From: a virus
Direction: 5' to 3' (one strand)
Virus record (IMG/VR): IMGVR_UViG_3300031949_000096
Coordinates: 1 to 39,498 of that record
Length of the DNA: 39,498 nucleotides
Shown here piece by piece: positions 20,248 to 27,700 of this stretch. The notes beneath the pieces are model-generated. The model was not told the DNA's origin. It worked only from the letters and a program-made list of their open reading frames with translations, and did not search any database. The position numbers and the translations under genes were made by a program. The stretch's first letter is position 1; every line of letters begins with the position of its first letter.

Positions 20248-22397
20248 ACGGAGTAGCCCTGCAGGCGCTGTATGGGGCTGCCGTCGGCCCGGAGCAGCAG
20301 CATATCGCCTTTACCGAGTAACTTCTCTGCCCCCTCCTGGTCCACGATGACGATGCTCGCCGCGGCGCTCGCGGTGCGGAAGGCCACGCGCGTGGGGAAG
20401 TTCGCCTTAATCGCCGAGTCGACTATTTTGGCGATGGGGTGCTGGGTGGTGAGGATGAGGTGGATGCCCGCGGCGCGCGCCTTTTGTGCCAGCAGCAGGA
20501 TGGCCGTGCGTATCTCGCTCGAGACGTCGGTCTTTATCGTGCGGAAGCGGGTCTCACCTTTGCGCGGCCCGGAGAGATACTCCCCATCCTCGACCTCCTG
20601 CAGGTCCTCGTGGCCCTGCGCAATGAGGTCGCCATACTCGTCGATGAACACGAAGATATAGGGCAGCTTGCCGCCGGCTGCGCGGTATGCCTCGAGGTTT
20701 TTTACCTTGGCCTTTTTGAGCGTGGAGTAACGGTCCTCCATCTCGCCGACCAGGTGCTTGAGCGTTTTGTAGATGCCCATGATGTCGTCGCTGTAGTCGA
20801 CCTTGGGGTATTCCTCGAACTCCCCGAGCTCCACCTTCTTCGGGTCCAGGAGCACGAGCTCGCAGCCCGGCGTGCCGAGCAGCTGGTGGACCCACGAAGA
20901 GATGCACACCGATTTGCCGGAGCCGGTGGTGCCGGCGACCAGTGTATGCGGTCCCTGCCGCAGGTCGAGCGTTTGCATCACGCCGGAGATGTCGACGCCG
21001 ACCGGGAGCTCGAAGCCTTTGGCCTTCGGCGCTTTGCCGGGGAACGTGCGGACCTTGTTGGGCAGCTCGAAGCCCACGAGCTCGGAGTCCGGGATGGGCG
21101 CCAGGACGCGGATGCCGGTGGTGCCGGTCACTTGCTCCAGGTCCTTGGCGAACTTCTCTATACGGCTCATTTTGAGGCCTACGCCGGCCTCGAAGCGATA
21201 GAGCGTGACCGAGCCGCCGGTCACCTCACTGTGGAACTCGACCGAGAGGCCGTGCTCCGCGAGCTTCATTTTGATGCGGTCGGGGATAGTCATATTTTTA
21301 TAGTTAAGGGTAGAGCCGGAAACGAACTTGGCCGCGACCGTCTCCAGGTACTTCTTCATCGAGCCGTCCTGCTGGATACGCTTTTTGAGGAAGTCGGTGA
21401 TATTGTCGACCTTCATCGCGGCCATTTGTTTGGCGCGCTCTTCGTCGACGTCGAGCCGGTGGATGTACGCCAGGACCGAGACCTCCCGGTCAAAGATGGC
21501 CATGAGGTTCGGCACATACACTTGCTTGCCGAGGAGCGCGTCGGTCATGTCTTGGTAGAAGCGGAAGAAGAGCTCGAAGGCCAGCGGCACCTCGTCGAAC
21601 ACTATCTCGTACTCCCGGGTCTGCGGCTCCTTCGGGTCTTTGTTGGGGGTGATTTTGTGCTCCGCGAAAATCATCGAGTAGGGCGCCTCGCCAAGCTCCG
21701 CGTACACCGTCATGTAGTTGAAGATGGCCTGCAGGAGCTTGCCGCCGTCGATAGCCTCCGGGTCCGAAAACTTGGTAGTGAACTTGTGGTCTCGGATGCG
21801 GATGCGCTTGTCGCTCTTTTGCCGATACACCAGGTCGGCCACTGCTTTGAGCGGCACCGGCATCACCTTGCCGTCCACCTCGACCTTGTGCTTGAGCATT
21901 TTTTCTACCAGCAATATCTCCATCTTTGCCGGGTCGAAGTTGAGGTCCTTGAGGTAGCCGAGGAACGCGAACGCGAAGCGCTCCTCGAGCTTGGCGCGGT
22001 CCTGCGTTGTTGCGCCCCACTCGATGAGCCCATCGGAGAAGCTCGCGAGATACGCGCGGCCGGCCTCGAAGGCCAGGCGCATCGCCTCGCCATCATCGTT
22101 AGCCGGCACCGGCACCGCATCGTTGCCGCCGAAGTACGTCTGCAGGCCGAAGTGCGCCGCGCGCCCGAGCACGTTGGTGGGCGAGCTCGTCGTCTGCAGC
22201 TGGTCGCCGTTGATATTGTTGACCTTGAACATAAAGGGGTTAGTCGAAAACTTCATCCAGCTGGAGTAGCTGTAGCTCTCGAGAGGGAACCCCTGGAAGG
22301 CCGGCTTAATCTCACGCCTCGATAGTACCTTCGGGAGCGGCATCTTCGTCCGCAGCTTCGACCGCCGCGGCGCCTTTGCCTTTTTTGTTTTTGTCAT
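20244..22397 (-). CDS. Fusion protein: N-terminal RecB/Cas4-type PD-(D/E)XK nuclease plus C-terminal FtsK/SpoIIIE-type DNA translocase ATPase
   Basis: 717 aa. Nuclease motifs are GRAAHFGLQ, ADLVY, IRDHKF and QAIFNY (aa ~78-228). FtsK motifs are VTLYRFEAGVGLKMSRI..APIPDSELVGFELPN, Walker A GTTGSGKS (aa 489-496), Walker B IFVFIDEYGD, LILTTQHP and RVAFRTASAAASIVIVDQEGAEKLLGKGDML. The start overlaps the recT 3' end (86 nt, or 32 nt if Met19 is used). Confidence 0.8.
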   Translation of the reverse strand: MTKTKKAKAPRRSKLRTKMPLPKVLSRREIKPAFQGFPLESYSYSSWMKFSTNPFMFKVNNINGDQLQTTSSPTNVLGRAAHFGLQTYFGGNDAVPVPANDDGEAMRLAFEAGRAYLASFSDGLIEWGATTQDRAKLEERFAFAFLGYLKDLNFDPAKMEILLVEKMLKHKVEVDGKVMPVPLKAVADLVYRQKSDKRIRIRDHKFTTKFSDPEAIDGGKLLQAIFNYMTVYAELGEAPYSMIFAEHKITPNKDPKEPQTREYEIVFDEVPLAFELFFRFYQDMTDALLGKQVYVPNLMAIFDREVSVLAYIHRLDVDEERAKQMAAMKVDNITDFLKKRIQQDGSMKKYLETVAAKFVSGSTLNYKNMTIPDRIKMKLAEHGLSVEFHSEVTGGSVTLYRFEAGVGLKMSRIEKFAKDLEQVTGTTGIRVLAPIPDSELVGFELPNKVRTFPGKAPKAKGFELPVGVDISGVMQTLDLRQGPHTLVAGTTGSGKSVCISSWVHQLLGTPGCELVLLDPKKVELGEFEEYPKVDYSDDIMGIYKTLKHLVGEMEDRYSTLKKAKVKNLEAYRAAGGKLPYIFVFIDEYGDLIAQGHEDLQEVEDGEYLSGPRKGETRFRTIKTDVSSEIRTAILLLAQKARAAGIHLILTTQHPIAKIVDSAIKANFPTRVAFRTASAAASIVIVDQEGAEKLLGKGDMLLLRADGSPIQRLQGYSV

Positions 22398-23037
22398 CTT
22401 TTTTTAGGGCGCCCATTTTAAGACCCGATGCCTCGACCTGGGCGGGTGCTTTGTTAATGCGAGACTCCGGGACTACTTGGTGCGAGTCGAACTCTTCGGC
22501 GAGGTAGATGCCGGAGAGGTCTTCGGGAGCAGCTTTGCGCAGCGCCTGCATCTCCGCGACTTTCGCTATCATGGTGCGAGGCTTGAGCTCCCACATACTC
22601 TTGATGTAGGCGCCGTTCTTTGTGCGGCCGGCTTTAAAGTATTCCTCGAAGTAAACGGTGGCGGTGTAGCCGCCCGGGTGGCCATCTTTTTTGAAGACAG
22701 TGACATCGCACGAGACTATTGTTTTGCCATCCGGCGCCATCTCGTAGACTGGTTTGCTGGTGCCGTTGACACCGCCGCGCGCGCCGCGCTTGCGAGCGAA
22801 GTCGATGGAGGTGATGAGACTGTAGCCGGTGTCACCGAAGGGCAGCGCATACACGTCCTTTTGCAGGAAGTGCTTGAACGTAAACCCGCGGATGAGGCCC
22901 TCGAGTATGGCCTGCTTCATGACCACGTCGGTGAGACCTTTGAAGGTGGTGGCGAGGAGCGCGCGCCCGACTGCCGGGTCCGCGAGCTCGCGTTTTACCT
23001 CTTCATTGAAGAGGGCTACTTGGGATTTTTCTTCCAT
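22312..23037 (-). CDS. recT: RecT/Red-beta-superfamily single-strand annealing protein
   Basis: 241 aa. DVYALPFGDTGYSLITSIDFARKRG and MWELKPRTMIAKVAEMQALRKAAPE resemble RecT/Bet signatures. It is adjacent to a nuclease gene. Confidence 0.7.
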   Translation of the reverse strand: MEEKSQVALFNEEVKRELADPAVGRALLATTFKGLTDVVMKQAILEGLIRGFTFKHFLQKDVYALPFGDTGYSLITSIDFARKRGARGGVNGTSKPVYEMAPDGKTIVSCDVTVFKKDGHPGGYTATVYFEEYFKAGRTKNGAYIKSMWELKPRTMIAKVAEMQALRKAAPEDLSGIYLAEEFDSHQVVPESRINKAPAQVEASGLKMGALKKDDKNKKGKGAAAVEAADEDAAPEGTIEA

Positions 23038-23127
23038 AGTGTTGCCGCACTAGGCTGGTAAAGCGCACGAGTTTTATATAGTATTTTTTGTGGTTAGCCG
23101 GGCTAAAGTCGACCTGTTGCTACTCAA

Positions 23128-23157
23128 AGTATACCCGCGATATACCCGCAGTGTCCA
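23128..23157 (-). promoter_or_regulatory. Promoter candidate for the recombination/replication operon
   Basis: The minus strand reads TGGACA (23157..23152)-18 nt-TATACT (23133..23128). The spacer and -10 carry two TATACCCGC direct repeats (plus strand 23130..23138 and 23141..23149) in 11-bp register. Confidence 0.5.
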
Positions 23158-23177
23158 CACCCCCGAAGGGGATAACT

Positions 23178-23627
23178 TTAAGCCCAGCAGGCCTTCGATG
23201 CGGCCCACGGCTGGGTCCCCTCGAGCTCGTAGATGTGCAGCGCCATCGCGGTGTTGCCCTCTTCTGTATAAATATCGTGGCCGAGTTCTTGCGCAGGCTC
23301 GAGCCAGTAGTGCTCGTTGATTTGAAAGAGGCCGACATCTTTGGGGTTGACCTCGCCGCGGACCACACGACCGTGCTCGTCGAACTGCCGGCTGCCGCTC
23401 TCGCACTCGGCGATGCGCACAAGTATCGGCGGCACGGCGATGCGCACCGTATGCGTGTCGCTTTTAGTCTTGTTAGGGGGCACAGTGTGCACCACCTCCG
23501 GCGGTTCGATGTACGAAGAAGGCGCCGCAGTAAAAACCGCCGGCGCCACTTCGACTGTGACTTTGTCGGCCGGCGCTCCGATGAGCAGCCCGACCGCAAA
23601 CGCACCTATGGATAGAAACTTGAGCAT
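23178..23627 (-). CDS. Secreted or signal-anchored lytic transglycosylase-like (SLT/lysozyme-like) protein
   Basis: 149 aa beginning MLKFLSIGAFAVGLLIGAPA. IAECESGSRQF...DVGLFQINEHYW matches the E-S...GLxQI pattern of goose-type/SLT enzymes. It is trimmed from track ORF 23178..23831. Confidence 0.65.
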   Translation of the reverse strand: MLKFLSIGAFAVGLLIGAPADKVTVEVAPAVFTAAPSSYIEPPEVVHTVPPNKTKSDTHTVRIAVPPILVRIAECESGSRQFDEHGRVVRGEVNPKDVGLFQINEHYWLEPAQELGHDIYTEEGNTAMALHIYELEGTQPWAASKACWA

Positions 23628-23652
23628 AGTGCCGGCACGAGGCCGGCGAGAG

Positions 23653-23931
23653 CTATATGAGCGTGACGCTCGCCCGGGCCTCTGCCTGGCCGCGCGAGTC
23701 GCTGCCGAAGTAGCGGGTGGCTTTGCCGAGCACGCGCACGTTGCGGAAGTGCTTGACCAGCTCCGTGACCGCCATGAGGATGAGCGACCCGGTGACTCCT
23801 TCGCCGAAGTGCTGGGTGACCAGCGCGACAAACTCGGGAGAGACCAGCATGGCGACGAGGGTCGTGCCGACGAGCGAGAGGACGCTCCAGCTGAACGAGA
23901 TAGCGCGCGCCTTGAGTAGTTCGTAATTCAT
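23653..23931 (-). CDS. Holin-like membrane protein
   Basis: 92 aa with two hydrophobic helices and a charged C-terminus. It lies between the two peptidoglycan hydrolase genes. Confidence 0.55.
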   Translation of the reverse strand: MNYELLKARAISFSWSVLSLVGTTLVAMLVSPEFVALVTQHFGEGVTGSLILMAVTELVKHFRNVRVLGKATRYFGSDSRGQAEARASVTLI

Positions 23932-23949
23932 GAGTGAAAAAATTAAATA

Positions 23950-24669
23950 CTAAATAGTACCGTCGCACGCCCGACCCCCATGCGCGCCGACGCCAGGCGT
24001 CTCGCGCAGCTGCGCGAGGAAGTCGGCGAGGGCGAGGATGACCTGCATGATGAGCGCTGCAAGCGCGCCACGCTTCTCCAGCTGCACCGTAGAGGTGGAG
24101 ATGTCGGTCGTGGGCGCCGGCAGTATGGGGGCGGGTTTATAGGCGACGAGGAGGTCGCGGAAGTGCGAGTCTTTGACGAAGCTGCCGTAGCACTCGGTCG
24201 GCTGGTAGAAGCGGTGCGGGCTGACGCGCGCGATGGCGAGCGAGACCGTGGTGCCCGGCACGACCTTGAGGCCGCGGCGGTTGCCGTTGATGAGGTCAAA
24301 CAAAAAGAGGGTGATATCCTCCTCGATTTGTTTGGTGAGCGGGTCCACCGAGACGCTGGTGAGCGGCTTGCGCATGAAGTTGCCGATGATGCAGATGGAG
24401 AAGGTATCGAAATTAAAGCCGTACTGCGCAGCGGTCTCCTCGCCGAGTGCGCGGCCCTGGAAGAAGGTGCGATTTTTAGGGTCGTAGATGACGCTGTAGC
24501 CGAAGTACCAGGGCTTGCCCGCCGGGTCCTTCATGTACTGGCTGGGGAAGTCCCAGCGCTGACGGTGAGCCTCGCTGATGCCGGCCGCGGAGAGGTGTGC
24601 GGTAGAAGCGTAGGCGTTAGTGCCGAGACCCCCGGAGTGGTGTATTGCGATATTTTTTATATCCGCCAT
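23950..24669 (-). CDS. N-acetylmuramoyl-L-alanine amidase (PGRP/amidase_2-type endolysin) with a hydrophobic C-terminal helix
   Basis: 239 aa. IAIHHSGG...AHRQRWDF...GYSVIYDP...FSICIIGNF is typical of amidase_2. The C-terminus contains ALAALIMQVILALADFLAQL. Confidence 0.75.
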   Translation of the reverse strand: MADIKNIAIHHSGGLGTNAYASTAHLSAAGISEAHRQRWDFPSQYMKDPAGKPWYFGYSVIYDPKNRTFFQGRALGEETAAQYGFNFDTFSICIIGNFMRKPLTSVSVDPLTKQIEEDITLFLFDLINGNRRGLKVVPGTTVSLAIARVSPHRFYQPTECYGSFVKDSHFRDLLVAYKPAPILPAPTTDISTSTVQLEKRGALAALIMQVILALADFLAQLRETPGVGAHGGRACDGTI

Positions 24670-24788
24670 GTATGCACATTTTACCCCCTGGACAAGCCCG
24701 CGCGATGCTATGCTGGGGATAGTGAAAGACTACCAGTGGTACTTGCTTTATATCGGCCTCATGCTGCTCTCCCTCGTGGTGATGGCGG

Positions 24789-27700
24789 CTATTCGCTCTG
24801 CTGCGTGAGCAAGTAGGTCACCTGCTTCTGCACCTCTTTGGTGAGGATGCCCTTCTCGACGTACTCGGTCCATAGTTTTGCCTTGGCTTCCTTGCTTCCG
24901 AGCGCATCGAACTCTTCTACTATCATCTTTGCTCGCGTGCCGTTGGCGACACCCATCTCCAGGAGCATACGGTCGGTGTAGTTGAGATTTTTCTTCTCCG
25001 CTTTGGCGATGGCGGCCACTTTTGCGGCCAGGTCCTTGTCGACGGCGTTGAGTTCGGACCAGCGCGCGGCCGCCTCCTCGGTCGGGAGATTTTTCATTTG
25101 CTGATAAGAGTCCTCCGCTTGTTGGTCGAGGATAAATCGCTCGCGGCTTTGGTCCATGAGCACGTCTTTATACTTCTCGTATTTGTCGGTGCCGGCGCCC
25201 ACCTCTTCCTCGGTGCGCGCCTTAAAGAAGCGCGAGACGATAGGCACGTCGCGCAATGCCGGCGCCTCGAGCTTGGCCGCGGCCGAGACCGTGTTGGCAG
25301 TCTTGGTCGCGGCCCGGCCGGCGCCGCCGATGAGCTGCTCGTAGGTGTAGTTGATGTCCGCCGGCGACACCTCGACGCCGATGCCGGAAAGACCGCGCGA
25401 GAAAGCGATGGCGATTTGGCCGGAGCTTGAGTCTTTGAGTGAGTCGAAATACTGGATGCTCGCCGGCGCGTGGCGGTCCCAGTCCGCTCGGATTTTTCCG
25501 CCGTGCCACCCCTGGTTTCGGCCGAGCTCCACCGGGAGGTCGATGACCGTCGGCGTGAGGGCGGAGATGAGGTCGGTACCGCCCGCTGGGTTGTAGCCCT
25601 CGATGACGGAGACCATTGCCGCGCCCATGGCGTCGACGATGCCTTTGCTCTTGCCGTTGGCTAGGTCCGAGAGCTGGTCGACCATCACTTTGATTGGCTT
25701 GAGGCCCCAGGATACTGGGATAGTTATGTAGCGCACGCCGCTGCCGTCGGCCGACGGTATCATTACCGATAACGCATTGAGGCGGTCCCAGGTGGTCACC
25801 TTGTCGCGCCAGTTGGGGTCGACGTAGTCATTCCACTCGTTGACCGCAGCCACCGGCACGGCGACCGAGAGGACCGTGGCCGCGGCGACCTTCGGGTTTT
25901 TCATGGCCATGAGCATCTTCGCCGAGCCCTGGATGCTGGCGTTGCTGAACATATAGAAAGCGTTGATGATGGGCCCGGCCTTACCTGTCTTGTTGAAGTT
26001 GACCGACGCCTCTTTGGCCAGGCGTGCTGCGCGCTCGCGCGAGGCACCATTTTTAAGCGCCTCGCGGTAGACGGAGAGGCGGGTCGAGTCCTCGAAAATA
26101 GTGTTCCAGTCGTCGACGAGCTCCACCATTTTCTTCCATGCAGCGCGCGGGTTGGAGCGGTTGAGTTTGCGGAGCGCCTCCATGTCGAGGTCTACCTGCA
26201 CCCGGGTCGAGAGGCCGAGGCCCCCGGTGGTGCCGCCGTCCTCGCGCATTTGCTTGTAGAGCATGGCGCCGGCGGAGTCTTTGCCGCGGATGAGGTCGAG
26301 CACCGCGCGCTCGTTCTCGAGGCGCAGCTCCCGGCCGACGACTTTGACCGCGCCCCTTGCGCCGAGTTCGCCCTGGGCGCCGGCATAGACCATCACCTCC
26401 TGGATATCACGGACCTTGTTGGCGAAGGCGAACTCCGGATTAAAGCGGGTCTGCAGGCCGCTGTAGAAGCGCGTAATGGCCCCTACGCCGCGTATAAGAC
26501 TCGCGAGCTTCTCCCGGCTCACCCCGCGCAGCGCGGCCGCTAGGTTGGGGTCCTCGATGCGAAGGTAGACCGGCTTGCCTTTCTCCCGGAGCACGAGCAC
26601 CTGCGGGTCGTTTATCTGCTCGAGGATGATGCGGCCCTCCTTGCCGGCGGCCTTCTCCGCGGGTGATACGAAGCCGCGGCCGATGGGCTTGGGGTGTATC
26701 TCTTTGAAGGTATCGCCGAGGATGTCCTGGTTGTCCCGGACCATCTTGAGCGTCGAGAGGTCCACGCGGTTTTTCTCCGCGCGGATGACCGCCTGCTCGT
26801 AGTTGGCCACCACGTTGTTGAGGATGTCGGCGACCTCGCGCTGGCTGCCCTTGGCCGCCTTTATGCCGGTGCTCTTTACGTCGAAGCCGCGGCCGAGTGC
26901 CGAGCCCATGTCCTCCTCGCCCTCGAAGACGCGGTTGAGTGGGATGTGGGTCTTGTATCTTGTGCGCAGCGTCTGATAGAGCTCCTCGGAGATGACCTCG
27001 CCGTCGCGCAGCACGTCGAGCGTGCGGTTGTTAAATTGCTGTACGTCGTCGGCTATGCGCATCACCGCGGCGCCATGCTTGCTTCCCTCTATCTGCGCCT
27101 TTGCCGCGCGGGCCTCCGCGGTAGTGATGCCGGCGGCGCCTTCGCCGATAGCAGCATTGCGCTCCGGCGCGTGCCGGGCAATGAGGTAACGGTTGACCTC
27201 GTCGGTGAGCTGCTTGTCGGAGAGCCCGGTCTCTTCGGCCAGGCGCACGATGTCGCGGTCGATGTTGCGCGCGGCATCCTTCGCTTCCTCGAGGCGATAG
27301 CCTACCCGGCCATGGAAGAGAACCTCCGCCTGGTAGGGGTCGGAGGCATCGCTGATTTTGATGTTGGGATTGTCGACGAGCTGCTTGACGCGGAGCATAT
27401 CGTCCTGCACTTGCTCGCGCATCCAGTTCCAGGCGTTGCCGACCTTGTGGCGGAAGTTATTAAAGAGAGGCTGCTTGCTCGGGTCCTTGGGACCGGCTGG
27501 GGGTATCGAGCTCTCCACTTCGGAGCGCATGGTAGCATCAGTAGTACCGTCGAGGCGCTTAGAAAATGACTCACCAGACTGCAAAACACCACGGAGCCCT
27601 GGCTCTTTTAGCGCTTCTTTTCCTAGTTTTTTTCCTTGGCTACTATTCGGGAGTGGACGGGTCGCGTCCTCACCCGGAGCGCCCGGAGGGGCGTCCTTCG

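Noticed and set aside
23151-23176. The sequence GTGTCCACA-C-CCCGAAGGGG-ATAAC as another pair of DnaA boxes flanking a hairpin.
   Set aside because: Both half-sites are only 7/9 matches (TGTCCACA, TTATCCCC). The CCCC-GAAG-GGGG stem is short. TGGACA is better explained as the -35 of the recT-operon promoter candidate. I mention it under that feature but do not count it as boxes.
23178-23831. Long N-terminal extensions of several track ORFs (23178..23831, 34997..36097, 13811..14509, 10469..11122, 16884..17645, 29508..30839, 10773..11318).
   Set aside because: The extensions are Ser/Arg/Pro-rich and overlap the 3' ends of upstream genes in another frame. In each case an internal ATG sits within a few nt of the upstream stop and is followed by protein-like sequence. 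Starts were trimmed accordingly.
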